In this document: piece by piece, positions 39,942 to 52,800 of the stretch | How the letters are laid out: each line of letters begins with the position of its first letter | Position numbering within the stretch: position 1 is the stretch's first letter | Assembly: GCF_964194025.1 (NCBI RefSeq) | Contig: NC_134469.1 | Location: 16,616,001 to 16,680,000, forward strand | DNA from: Convolutriloba macropyga | Lineage: Eukaryota | Direction: 5' to 3' | DNA length: 64,000 nucleotides | The notes under the pieces: model-generated | Database searches by the model: none | What the model saw: the letters and a program-made list of their open reading frames with translations, nothing else | What the model was told of the DNA's origin: nothing | Made by a program: the position numbers and the translations under genes

Positions 39942-40258
39942 TCACTCCTGGTCAGAATCGAACTTGGAGTGCTTCGCCGACGAAGCTTCATCTCGCGGTT
40001 CTGATGGGTTGGAGGACACTTCGGCGTTATCTCGTTTCTGCCCTCCTTTATTTTTGGAGAAGGGATTTCGGTTACCACCACCTCCTCGTCCACCACCTCG
40101 GCCTCCTCCACGTCCACCGCGACCTTTGAATCCACCGCGTCCGCCTCCTCTTCCAAAGCTGTTCTGTCGAGCTAGGTAATCGGCCTCGTCTTTCTTGAGA
40201 GCCTCAATCGCGCTGTCTTTTTCTTCGCCTTCTTTGAGCAAGTCAGCTTTGAATTCAC
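39942..40258 (-). CDS. SSB/La: La protein exon 5 (end of RRM2, RGG-rich tail)
   Basis: Acceptor 40259-40260, phase 1; GEFKADLLKEGEEKDSAIEALKK...GRGGGRGGFKGRGGRGG...KHSKFDSDQE, then stop. Confidence 0.85.
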
Positions 40259-40430
40259 CTAAACCCGCAAGTTAAAAATGTTTCAGCTTCAATGTCACAT
40301 ACTATGTTCAGATATAACCAAGATGAAACGGCTGTCACATGCTGTCAGATAAGCGTTTTACATTATTGCGATCATCGTCGAGTTATCGCAAAAATAAGAG
40401 TTTGCATAATTTTCACTGATCAATACGCAC

Positions 40431-40652
40431 CCTGAGTTGTTTCGAGCTTCTTGTCACCCTCAGTAGCTCCATTGAGAGCTTTTTCGGCTGTCTCGAGGTC
40501 GACAAAACGGAGGAAGGCATTCGTGGATCCCATATCAAATGCTATGAAGAGTTCTTTAGCAAATGGTCTGAAAACTGACTTGAGATCTTCTCGAGATGTC
40601 TGAGGTTTGATATCTGTCAGTTTGAGAATGCCACAATTGGTATAATCAAAAG
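40431..40652 (-). CDS. SSB/La: La protein exon 4 (C-terminal RRM2/xRRM)
   Basis: GILKLTDIKPQTSREDLKSVF...FIAFDMGSTNAFLRF matches the La RRM2 pattern. Acceptor 40653-40654, donor 40429-40430; phase 1 to 1. Confidence 0.88.
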
Positions 40653-40962
40653 CTAAAATCATTTCGAAAGTTATAAAGTAGCTGTTAGGAAAACCTTACA
40701 TCGGCGAACAGAAAAGTTCAATTTCCAAAAACTATTTTGCAAATAGGAAGTTTAGGAATAGGAAATCTAGAAATTTTAATTGTCTCAAATATCTAAATCA
40801 AAGTAGTTCCGCTTCACCAAGATTGGTAACTGTTCTACGAACAACAAACAAACTGCCTCCAATTCTACCTTAATTCAGCCTAATATTTATTCCTTTTCAG
40901 AAAGTGATGCCTATCAAGATTCTTGTAACATTTAATTTTTGGTGAAGAGAAGGAAGACCTAC

Positions 40963-41506
40963 CTTTAGGTTTCTCTTGTTCCCTCCTTTCCTTCTTTTCG
41001 TCATTACTGCTATGTTTATTCTTCGTTCTATCTGCATTCTTCTGTGCGATATGTTCTTCTTTTGAACACACTTCCAGTTCAATATCATTGTACATAAATT
41101 TATCGCCGTTTTTAATCCTGGACAGAAAATCCATGGCTCCACGATCACTTTTGAAAGTTACGTAAACAGATCCTTTAAACTCTCCTTTATTTTTCTGGCC
41201 TCTGTCGCGACGATAGAAAACATTGTCATATTCCAAATCTGTGCCCTCAAAAAATGTAAGAACGTCTTCAACTTTGAGTTCCAATGGAAACCCTTTCACA
41301 TACAATGTACGAGCAGTTAGCTCTTTAAAATTGACGACCTTTAGGGTTTTATCTGGATTCCTCCTCACTTTAAGATTGTCATCAGAAACCTGGATAAGTT
41401 TATCATTCGTTTTCTTTAAGGCAGTAATGATTACTTTCGGATCTTCTGAGAGTTTTGCCAATCGGTTGAACGTCAGCAGCGTCTTTAACGTAACCCAGCC
41501 ATCGTC
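40963..41506 (-). CDS. SSB/La: La protein exon 3 (end of La motif, RRM1)
   Basis: DDGWVTLKTLLTFNRLAKLS...KVRR...RTLYVKGFP...FKGSVYVTF. Acceptor 41507-41508, donor gtaggt; phase 0 to 1. Confidence 0.93.
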
Positions 41507-41575
41507 CTAAAGATCAAGGCATTCAGACAACTTAAAAATCAAATTTTTTGCCTTAACTTTCGTTAGAGATGAACG

Positions 41576-41778
41576 GCTTTCACTGCATTAACTTGTACCA
41601 AAGTATAGTGAGAATTTAAGCAGATATACAACTAAAGAATGAGAATTAAGGATGACGAAGAATCTTGCCACTTAGATTTTGGCTTAATCATCATAAATGC
41701 TTTTTCTTTAGTTACACATTTGACATCTGCTTCTTAACTTCTCACTATACTTTGGTACAAGTTTGTGCAGTCAAAGCC
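41576..41778. repeat. ~200-bp foldback inverted repeat in La intron 2
   Basis: Perfect 25-bp arms at 41590-41614 and 41739-41763, extended imperfectly outward and inward. Confidence 0.85.
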
Positions 41779-41942
41779 ATTTTCTGCAAATGGGATAGCA
41801 AAACAGTTAAAATACGAGATCACCGCTACACAAGGACCACACTGCTTTGAATTGATAAGTTGAACGGGCAAATTTGTCAAGCGAAAAAAAGCGTCCATAA
41901 ATTTTGGTGAGATCACCGCTATACAAGTCGAAGCGCACTAAC

Positions 41943-42152
41943 AATTTGAATCTGTTCCTTGAGGAAGTTGTCTCTGGGCAAGTTGATATCTCCAAAGTAA
42001 TACTCAATTTGTTTGATGATAGCAGTTTCTAGCTTTGTGGGTGGTTCTGCTGGTTCGCTTTTTGGTTCGATAACGTCTTCCACGACAGCATCGCTTCCAT
42101 TCTCAGCTTCAGTAGATTCAGTTCCAACTGAAGCTTTGGCCTCCTCTTTGAC
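41943..42152 (-). CDS. SSB/La: La protein exon 2 (La motif start); this frame is absent from the ORF track
   Basis: Hand translation gives VKEEAKAS...[26 protein letters not shown], the La motif signature [14 protein letters not shown]. Acceptor 42153-42154, donor gttagt; 70 codons. Confidence 0.93.
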
Positions 42153-42617
42153 CTACAGATAATTGCGGCTGTGAACGATCCAATGCATCACAAAAGATTT
42201 ACCGTATTCCAGAGAAAAATCCAATGTTTCCAGGATGAGTTCTAATATGATTGCATCCTTTGGCTTCTTAGCAAATTGAATCACCGATAAAAAAAATTTT
42301 TGCATAAGTCGTTCAAATATTTATGCTTGAATTTTTCGTAATTCTTTCACGAATTGATGCTCTTAGGACTTGCATTCAATTATTAAATTCACGACCATAG
42401 AAGCTATTCTTTTAAAACAGGCAGCTTTTCCCATGATGCGGATTCGAATCTTTTCCTTCCTAGGAAAAAAATGCCTCTTATTGAAAAATTAGTTATCACC
42501 AAGCGCGATGAGCTGTCACCATTTTTATTGGCTCATTAGCAAACCCTATAGCAACCAACTGCACACAAAATTGACGGATACATAGTTGAAATTATAGAAA
42601 TTAGTAAAACTGCTTAC

Positions 42618-42731
42618 CTCAGGAGGTTGCTCGACTGGAGTTGGCTGTTCGCCATTTTCATTTGTAGTCGAGTGCACTTCAGGCTGCTCAACCTTAACAT
42701 CTGCAGATCCGTTTTCAACAGTTTCAACCAT
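42618..42731 (-). CDS. SSB/La: La protein exon 1 (acidic N-terminus)
   Basis: ATG 42729-42731, MVETVENGSADVKVEQPE...PPE; strong donor gag|gtaagc; phase 0 fits exon 2. Confidence 0.8.
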
Positions 42732-43186
42732 TCTCAACTATTCTGAAAACAAACAATTGAAAAAAACAATGACCAAGTACGTTCCACAGGCACAGAAGAG
42801 CACTCAACAATCAAGCACTTCAAATCTCAATCGCGCTAGAAGTAGAACTAAATATGGAATGACCTCGCTGAAATGGAAAGAATTTGCCTATCTAGAGTAA
42901 TATGAATATTTAGAAAAGACAACCAAGCAGGATTACCAGAATATGTGATAAACGAGACTACAGAAGAATTTAACAATATTAATATCAAAGGACTGTCTGA
43001 ACTTGTACATGGCTACAATTCTAGTGAAAGTTATACATATGAAAGGGCAGGTTACATAACAAATTACCTTTACTTCAACAGGATTTATGATGCAAATTTG
43101 AAATGTTTATTTGCTTCACTGAGAGAGCAACAATTAATTGGCCCACTTGTAAACTAAGTTGTTTCAAAAGATGCGTCACAATGAAC

Positions 43187-43633
43187 AAACATAACCGACT
43201 AACGTCGGGCTAATTGATCTCAAACGACCGGCGAGCGGTTGGCTTCTTCAGTAGCTAGCCACAGTTTGGTGAGGCTAGCTTTATATTAATTAAGGGGCTA
43301 AGTTGAGCGCAGCGGGCGTGCACCGCAGCGGGGGTGCAAAAGTAGATTGGGGGACTGTGCAGGCGGTGGGTGGGTGGGGTGTGGGATCAACAAGAACAGC
43401 CCTTCACACCATAAGTATAAGTCTCCAAAACAGTTTCTGTTAATCGCATACTTGAAGACTAGTGGGCTGAACGGTTCTAAGAGAACTTAATGCACACTGG
43501 CCGCTACCTCTTTATCCCGTTTCTGAAGATCAAAGTCAAATGGGTCAGACGAAAAATCGGCCAGGCGAAAAATTGCATAAAAGAGACAAACAAGATAAAT
43601 ATATTTGCTATAAATTGCTTTTGAGAGCAATTA
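43187..43633 (-). mobile_element. Helentron-like family 4 with G-rich core
   Basis: aaacataa-CCGAC taac GTCGG-gc-TAATTGATCTCAA at the left end and taaattgctt-TTTGAGAGCAATTA at the right end. Relatives at 23576-23913, 44864-45355 and ~39240-39452. Confidence 0.68.
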
Positions 43634-44863
43634 ACAATGATTTCTTAAAAAGGCCAGTTCAGACAATTATGATAAAAAACATTTCTACTATGACTCATTG
43701 TTAATGAGGATCAGAGATGATGAAATTACGCCACATAACAGCAGCTGAAGTGCTGCATCAACAAAGAGATAGAAAAGGAGTGAGAGAGAGAGAGAGATAA
43801 AACGTTAACGAGAAAGAGAAGGAAAGAAAACGCAACCAACAGAGAAAGAGATAAAAATATTTTCCATGATGGGATTCGAATCTGCAACTTCTAGTTTTCT
43901 AGTTTTATTAGTACATAAATCAAATAGCAAAAACTAAACAGGCAAAATTAAAAAGTTTTCAGCTTTGCAGTAAAAAAAAGTTAAAAACCATTTTTTGTCT
44001 TGAAAGTTCTGTCAAGTAACCCATTTCCGAGGTTTCTTTGGCCAGTATTGGTCGTTAAACTCAAGATTCAATATCTTAAGAACCATTTCATTGTCTCAAG
44101 AGACTATCTAGTATCCCCGATTCAAGCCTGAAATAGTTTCACTGGCTCATAAAGATCCATACACTTGGAACATGATAACAATTTTCCAAAAATTACTAAA
44201 ACTGGAGTAAAAAAAATCGATCACAATCCCATTAACTCTAAAAACTATGCAAAAGCTTATTATCAAACCTTGGAGGAGCTCCCACGACCTCTGATGCCGG
44301 AAAAAAATCAAAACTTGAAAAATTCCGATATTAAAAAATGCTTAAATTCGTGATATTAAGATCTTGAAAAAATTACTATTGTAAACTATGCAGTAACAAA
44401 TTACCAAACCCCAGAGAAAGTTCCGTGGCTCTTGATGCTAGAGAAGCCTTAAAAGTGACAAAAAACTACAAAAAAAAATTTAAAAAATTGCAAGCTTTGT
44501 AAAAAAAATTGCTAAAAAAAGTTTTGATACTGTGCTTCAGCGATGCAGCTTTCATTCATCCAGAAATTTCGTTTAAAAGTTTCAAAATGAGTTTGAACGC
44601 CAGAAATTACCAATACGCTTTCACTTCTTTGTCAAAAGAAACTTGGAGGCCTTTTAGGCAAAAAATGTAAACATCTTGTGAACAATAAAAGCATTGAAAA
44701 AACAGTGTTAAAGTTTTTCAAACATAAAAGCCTTACATTCACCTCACTTCAGACGTTCAATTAAGCCTACTCACCACACAAATAGAATTAAGTGCAAGGA
44801 ATGCCAATCTGTAAAAGAAAATAATAGGCAAAGACTAGAATAACTAAAATTGTGAAAGAAACG

Positions 44864-45355
44864 AAACATAACCGGCTAACGAGCGAATTGCACTCAAATG
44901 ATCGGCTTCGGTAGTTCCTTAGAGATACTAGCATGCGGGAGGGGTGAGCGGAGTAGGGGTAAAGCAATGTGGGGTCGGATTGGGAGCTTTGGATGAGAGG
45001 GGGTCCGAATAACCAGGTATTGGAAGGTGGATGGGGAGAGTTCAGGGGAAGGGGGTGACATGGAGGGGGGAGGGTTACACTTTTAATAATAAGAACCGCC
45101 CATCACACCATAAAATTGCCTCCTCAAAACAGTTTTCGTGAATCGCATTCTAAGGGACTGCGAAGACGTTAAGGCTCTAGGAGAACTTAATGTCCTCCGG
45201 GCGAACTTAATGTCCTCCGGGCGAACTTAATGCCCTCCCGGTGTTATGTTTATCCCGTTTTCAAGGGTCAAATGAAAAATCGGTCAAGCAAAAAATCACA
45301 ATAAAAAGACCACAACACCAGTATAATTGCTGCAAGCTTCGTTTAAGAGCGATTA
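44864..45355 (-). mobile_element. Helentron-like family 4 copy with G-rich core and an internal 20-bp triplication
   Basis: Same ends, decayed; gaacttaatgtcctccgggc repeated about three times at ~45183-45240. Confidence 0.62.
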
Positions 45356-46293
45356 ATAATTTCAGAAAATATTATTTAACCTAAGAGCAGGTGATAGTTT
45401 TAAAACATTATCGACTGACGCCTGACCAACTGCCCTCTATCGACTGTCCAGCTGGCTTTGGTACAATTCAGCTAGTGCTTCAGAAGACTATTAGCCTCAC
45501 CTCGTTGACGGGCAGGAAAACTGAGGAACAAGGGGGCAGAAAAAATGAGGGGGGCTTCAAACTTACCAAAACTGATCTTCAAATAATCAAATTAAACCTC
45601 CGAAGTCTAGGCGAATCGTAAACTTGGAGACAATAGTACTGAATAGCCCCTTAATGAGCTAGGGCTCTACAAGTTGATCCCATTTTTAAAAAAAGTCAGT
45701 TCAGAAAAAAAATTGATCAAGCAAAAAACGCATTAAAATAACCTACAGGACCCAATTAACAGCTACAAAATTTCTTCGAGCAATTTATCATTATCCGATG
45801 CAAAAAATTGGAACGATGCCGCTGACTAATTCCTCGAATTCGTTTCCTCGAGGGCTGCGCTGAATTGCATACTTGGATGCTATTACGACTCAGCTGCTCG
45901 GCGACTTAAGGTCCACAGGCTTTACCAGTCTATCTCGGGTTTTTCCAGTTTTACAAGAGAAAAAATCACGATAGTTCCAAAATTGTAGTTTTACTCACTA
46001 GGGCGGAAAAGGTGGCTTGTTGGTGGTCAAAAATCAAATGACTTTATTTGAGGTTATCACAGACATCGCAAAAGAGCGATAGTCAACCGAAACGAAAGTT
46101 AAGACCAGGAAATTGTCTGCGCATAAGCGAAGGTTGCCAGTAGGAGTCAAAGTTTATTTTTTTAAAAATGAAAAGATTGTCCGAAACGAATATTTCAATC
46201 ACATCAAGCATATTTTCATTTGAACAGCTTAACTAATTTTGGTACTCAGAGATTCAGACAATACCATAAGATTATTTTTATCAGCATTTCAAT

Positions 46294-47608
46294 AAAATAT
46301 AGCCTGCAAATTTAGGGAAATAGCCACCGTTGACGGTTCGACGCACAGCGCGATTGAAACAGAAAGAGAAAAATTGACACAATTTATCTTAGTGTCAAAG
46401 TGTTTTAATTTGGGGTGCAGATTCAGTTAGATTCTTAAATTATACTTCACTCAGCTTCTAAGGGTAATATGCTTAATACCAATGTCAACTAGCAGTCTCT
46501 CTAATGCTCTTTGGTAACCTAGTGCACTTTGACCTTTAATGGCTTTATATTGATTGTTCTTTTGAACAAATTCGCATTCCGTAATTCAATGAGAAAACGA
46601 ACTTAAAATCCAGTCAGTGCAAACAGTGAGTGACATGAGTCAGGAGTTAAACGTGAAAATCTTAACTTGTGTAAAAACAATAAACGCGATCGAAAGGTAA
46701 AGCGAATAATAACAAACATAGCAGAACAAGTCATAGCAGAATTTTTGTTGACTAAAGAAAAAACTAGACCAAGGATAGACTGTGCAGGGATTGGGAAACC
46801 CATTCAGAACAAAATTTGATCAAAAAATCGATTTAAAAAAACAGCCGGCAGATTGCCGGAAACCAGCAGCAGAAAAAAAAGGAGAACGAAATTGACCGAA
46901 TTTTTAATTTCTGTGGTTTTTTCAGTGTCGTCTTAATTTTGCGTGCAGTTTCAGTTAGATTCTCAAAGTATACTTAATTCAGCTTCTAAACTGAGAGCTA
47001 ATAAGCTTAATACCAATGTCAGCTAGCAAAAACTAATGAACTTTAATTACCTAATTCTCAATGAATTAAAGACCGGGCTTTATCCCTTTTCTTTTGGTTT
47101 TGCTCTTTTGACTTTGACAGTATTCGCCACATTTCGTAATTGAATGTGCGAAAGAACTTAAAATCCATTCCGTTGAAACAGTGAGTGAGGTAAGTCAGAC
47201 GTCAAGCGTGAAAATCGTGACTTACATAAAATAAGACACATGATCAAAAGGTAAAGCGAAATAAAAAGGAGAGGGCCTAAATAATAGCCGTTGATAGGCT
47301 GACGGCGGCTATTAATCAAAGTACAAGAACTTGCCGCATGTGAACAAGAAACCACTAACAAGAAAGCGCAATTTTGTTCAAGATCCGTTTTCTCATTACC
47401 TTAAAATTGGAGCTCTTGCCTCAAAATTTCTTCCTTTTGTTTTCCAATTTCAGCATTCCAATGTTTCACCAAAATCATCCCTTAAATTTGACTTTAAATA
47501 TCGTGATGTGTGAAGAGATCTTAAAAAAACAACGCCCAAATACATTTCAAATTCTTTGAAAAGTAGAGCGCCTATAAAATAGCCGTTGAGAGGTTGACGA
47601 TGGCTAAT
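46294..47608 (-). mobile_element. Three-level nest: family 1 > family 2 (46714-47564) > family 1 (46839-47313)
   Basis: The inner element has its own hairpin end and an aatagccgttgataggctgacggcggctatt end. The family-2 body resumes after it and matches 48737-49139. Confidence 0.68.
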
Positions 47609-48242
47609 AAAAAATCAACAATTTTACACATCTTTTTTTTTTAAATCTCAACATAGGACTTGTGCTCTATTTGCATTATTTTGGCCAAGAATTCAACTAT
47701 CTGAAAAGTAGACATTAATTCCTAAAACAATGTTTACATTAACATTTTCTTAACCTGCAAAAGAGTCCGATATGCAATTAATGTAAAATAAATTTTCGAA
47801 GTAATTGCAATTTGCTTAGAAACACAAGAATCTCTGCACCAAACTAAAACAAAAACATAGCCAGCAGATTGCCGGAAAATAGCCAACGTTGCCACGCTTG
47901 ATGCACATCGGGATTTAAACAGAAAAAGAAAAAAGAAGACACAAATTGACTGAATTTTTTCTTCAGTGTCAAAAACTGTTAATTTGGCGTGCAGTTTCAG
48001 TTAGATTCTAAAACTATACTTAATTCAGCTTCTAAACTGACAGCTAACCAACTTAACCTAATTCTCAATGACTTAATGATCTCTTTACTTCTGAGTGTCG
48101 CAAACAATATTCAAGGAACAATTGACCACTCTTCAAAAAACAAAATCAACAACTTTAATTACTATCAATATCCGATAAATTGGTCACGTTCGAGTTAGTA
48201 AACTAAGTTATTCCCGTTAATCGGATACCAAGCCAATTTGAT

Positions 48243-49191
48243 AAACAAACCCGGCAGATTGCCGGAGAATAGCCGCCGTTGATTCCAATAAGCCTGATTG
48301 GGATTGAAAGAATAGATATTGAAAAAAAGAAGATTTTTGTACAAAAACATATTTTTAAGTCAGATTTATTTTGAAGGTATTTCGTAGTTGAACATACTTC
48401 TGTTTCTTAGAGAGAGGCTACAGGGGCTACTGTCAAAACCAATAAGAATTAAAGATGTTAACTATGACTTAAAGGAACGACGTTCAAATAGCGGGCATCT
48501 AAAATTGGGCTTTATGGGTTTTATCCCGTTTCTATTTCTGACTTCATTTTTTTATACTGACTCTGTTCATTTTGAATTGCTTTGCTGAGCAACTGATGTT
48601 CAAAATCACTTTTACCAGAATGAAAGAAGAGAGAAACTAGTCTAGAGAAGTCAAAAATATTTCACGCAAAGTGTTGAAAAAGCGGCAAAATGAGGTAAAG
48701 CGATACATTTTTTTAATTTCATTCGACGAAGTAAACAAACATAGCAGGACAAGTCCTGACGTACAATTCAAAGAATTTTTATTGACTTAACAAAAAACTA
48801 GACCTAGAACGGACTATTAATGGATTGGAAAAACCGTTTAGAAAAAAATCCAATCCAAAAAAATCGAAAAAACAGTAAAAAAAAAACAAAGTGAAATTGC
48901 CGCATGTGAACAAAAAAACCACCAGCGAGAAAGCGAATTTTTGTTCAAATATCGTTTTTTTACTCTACTTTAAAATTAGAGCAAAAAAATTTCACGCCTC
49001 AAAGCCACTCTTTTTTGCTCCACTTCCTAATTCGGCGTGACCAAAATCACTACTCGAATTTGACTTCAAAAATCATGAAAACGTGTGAACAGATCTTATA
49101 AGACAGCGCCCCAATACAATTCAAATTCTTTGAATTGTTAAAAAAATTAGGAGCGCTATAATATCCGGCTGAGAAGATGAGGGCGGCTATT
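48243..49191 (-). mobile_element. Family-1 element carrying a nested family-2 element (48737-49139)
   Basis: Same body as 56290-56832, interrupted at the subterminal A-run by aaacatag-CAGGAC aa GTCCTG-..TACAATTCAAAGAA ... tacaattcaaaTTCTTTGAATTGT. Confidence 0.82.
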
Positions 49192-49802
49192 AATAAGCCA
49201 AAAATAAAGTTCATAAAGTCAACAATTGATATTGATGAATTTTTGAATCGGGAATCTGATGTTTTCCGGAACTCACCTCATTTTCGCAGCCATCTTCAAT
49301 TTACAAACATTGCAACATTTGGTGAAGAATCTAAACACGGTCATCTTTCTACAATAATTTCTCTAGACATCAAACTTCATAAAAGCAGTCAATATTTTAA
49401 AAAAAAAAAACGATTTCTTCACTATTAGAAATCAAATTGAATTATAGTTATCCAGATAAATTTTTGCTGACTATTTGCCCATAACTTGGTTTTGGTGTTT
49501 ATATGTTAAATCAGCAAAGTACCAAATAATTTACAAGAAGCGGTGAATTGAGAGGTAAATTGATAACAAAACCTCCAAAGAATAAAACAACCTTTTAAAT
49601 GAGTCCAGAAAAGAAAATGAAAATTCTCAAAGCTCAGATCGAATTTAATCGTCACTATTAACATGTGCAGCAATAAAAAACTATGAACAACAATGCATGA
49701 GAAATTCGCCAGGCTCCTCAAAATTCACATTTTTTTGTTTAAAAAAAACTATGTTGGCAAACATTTTTAAATTAACAAAGTTTTTCACATAATTAAGCGA
49801 GT

Positions 49803-52800
49803 TCAGAAGAACTTCATTTTCTTCGGCATAAGCTGTCCACATAACAAAGAGTTTTTGTCAACTAATGGTTTCAGATCATCACCAATACATGTGTATTTTC
49901 CGAAATAAAGTAAATCAACAAACAGATCTTCACAAATAAGTGTTCTCTGATTATTCGGTTTACCTTCAGCAACAACTGGCATGAGTTCAATCACATCAGA
50001 GTAAAGCTGCTTCTGAACTGGTTTGTTGTCCGAGTAAATTAGAAAGAAGGGAGCTAGTAAATGACAATAGAGTAGTAACTGTTGCTCAGTCTTGACCATG
50101 GGCTTCACTTGGTCGCTTAGAAACTGCCGTGCTAAATTCAGATGTGATGTATTGGCATGGTAATACAAATATTGCGCTTTCAAAATCGTACTGCTGATTT
50201 CATTGAACTTCATATCTTTGCATACGCACAATTCCAAGACCTCGTCGGGGGGAATCTGCCGTAACATACTGCTATTCATAACGTCTAAGACTGATGTCTC
50301 GATACAACTGTAATAAATCGGGGGTAAATGATTCAAAATTAGAGAAACAATGTTCAACCGCTGGAATTTGTTGAACGCGTCAGATTCGATGTTGAAGGCC
50401 AGTTCAAACAGATGTCCCACTACAGTCACTGGTACCATATTAGGCAAACAAAGAATCTCGAGACATACCGAATAGATCACGTGACTGGCGACACTCGTAA
50501 ACTCCTCCATTTCCCAGTTGAACCTGCAAAATGGTTCGCATTTTGAGGGTGTGAACACAGCTTGTGACAATTTCTCAATCAATGAGTTCAGGTAGGATGT
50601 TGCAGGGTTCCACAATTTGAAGGTATCCGAGGATCTAGCATTTTCAAGGAACTCTTCAGAGACCAACCATTCGGCGGGTTTCACCGACTTAAACGCCTCA
50701 AATACTGTCATTATTAACAGTCGTGCGCCCTCGGGTTCGATTACCTTCTTGTAATAAGCCACTGTTTTGTACAGAAACGTAATGGGTAATTTATGAAGTC
50801 TGAAAATCCTGCCATAATTTCCCAGCAATGACGGTAAATGTTTGAATACCAAGGGAATTTCCAAGAATCGCGTAACCACAAGTTCGAAAACGGGAACAAA
50901 TCTGACACATAAATTACTGAAGTACGTCGGGAAGAAAAACTTATTTTGGTTTTCAACGTTATGCGCTCTGTAAATTCCGTCGTAATGAAATTTCTCTTCG
51001 TATTTTTGAATATACGGATACTGCCAGTTTGCAAACCAGCCTCCAGATATTTCCGGATCGTTGATATTTGTTTTATCAACAAGATCACAAAAGAACGTAA
51101 TTCTCTCTTTCAGTTCGTGGCTCGCTTGCAGTAACAGATGAACTGCAAAAAGCGCAACTTGGTCGTCTTTTTGACCAAATGGTCGCAACATGAATGCCAC
51201 AATAAATCGATCTATAGGCATGACGTTATACTCCCAAATCATTTTGCTGATCACATCAATAAACTTTGAGCTCCCTTTTTGACCATTGGTTAAAATTTCA
51301 TAGTTGACCAAATCACAGAAAGTTTGAATATGCTTTGTCAAGTTTCGGGGGCCTATCTGTTCCAAAATTGCTGCACAAATCAACGGCGGAGGTTTAAACT
51401 GATTGTCTTCCGATAACAAAAGTTTGTAGAAGAAGCAGAGAAAATAATGGCCTTTCATTTGAGAAATGTAACCGAGCACTTCATTATTTGGGCGGTTGAG
51501 GAGTTTGAGAAAATTGTGGTACTCATTTTCAACATCTTGCTTTAACTTCTGATTAACTTCAGGTTGGAAGAAAGGTTGATTTTGATACAGAGCAATCAAT
51601 TGCGCTGGCATGTTGTGCAACATATGATGGGCCAACATATGTGGAGTTTTGCCTTGAATCAAGTCAAAGAAACTTTTGTAACTTTTGTCAAAGCAGTCAA
51701 CACCCGCAATGTGCATACACCTTGCAACATTTAACATGAACAGTTTGTTATAGTCTTCATTATCGGGTGATATCAGATTCGCAATGTTATTTGTGGAGTT
51801 GTATTTTTCGACAATTGCGATAAAATTTTTGACACCGAAACAGGACATCATTTGTATTAGTGCACTTTCCAACGAGAGGTGAAATTGAGTACATTCGGAA
51901 TACTTGAGTCTGTTTTTTGTCAAATGAATACAATGCGAGCAGAAGGCGAAAAAATAGGACATGTTAGCTCTCGGCAACAAGTTGACAAAAATTTCTGCAC
52001 ATACCAAGATTGTCCTATGAGCGTTATTTTGATTAGCAGCTTGAATCACTGAATCCAGTGATATTGCTGGCTGATAAAACGTGTCAAAAAACGTATCCAT
52101 AAAGAGCCGCCCATAAGTTTCGACAAAAGCGGGCGAAGGAAACAGAACCAATGGACCTCCTGGGACAACCGGCTTTTCAAACTGAGGCATCAACTGTTTC
52201 CAATGTGTTGAAAATTGCTGAAAAAGAACAATTCTCAAAGCCATGGTCAAATTTGACAAAGACTTAAAATCAATCGGCTCCATTTGTCCACAAGCCATTA
52301 CATTGCCTATTAGCTTGACGTGAGTTTGCGATGGCGAGTTTAGAAACTCTGCAATAAGTCGCTTTTGCATTTGATTTGATTGTGGATCATTATAATTTGA
52401 AAAATTCAGTAGTTTGACGAAAAGTGAAACTTTCATTTCTTTGTTCATACTCTGAAACGCAGCTTGAACGTCATTTTGGGCAAACTGAAGCTCTCTAGGG
52501 AAATCGACATCGTTGTGATTCAAAGCAAGGGTTCTTGCTTTCAGTTTGAACCACAAAATTGCACGTGAAAGGTCTTCCAAACTAGCAGAATCCAAGTCAA
52601 AACAACTCATCGAACAACTACCAGAAAGCGCTTCGTCGATTTCAATCAGCCGATTCAAGGTCTCTTCTCCAATTTGTATAGTAGGGTTCAAAGTCACTAT
52701 AGTTACAAAGGATACTAGCATGAAGTACAATTTCCGAGCATTTACGCCCAACTTGATCTTAGGCTGGGTTCGCTTCAAAGCGTTTACGACTGCATTCATG

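Noticed and set aside
39797-40179. Overlapping alternative ORFs (Pro/Arg-rich, His-rich, Glu/Val-rich)
   Set aside because: They are other frames or the opposite strand of the La RGG exon.
40300-40380. Possible C/D box snoRNA in La intron 4 (acgatga ... ctga ... ctga on the minus strand)
   Set aside because: The C box is mismatched, there is no terminal stem, and I could not recognise an rRNA-complementary guide. A snoscan run would be needed.
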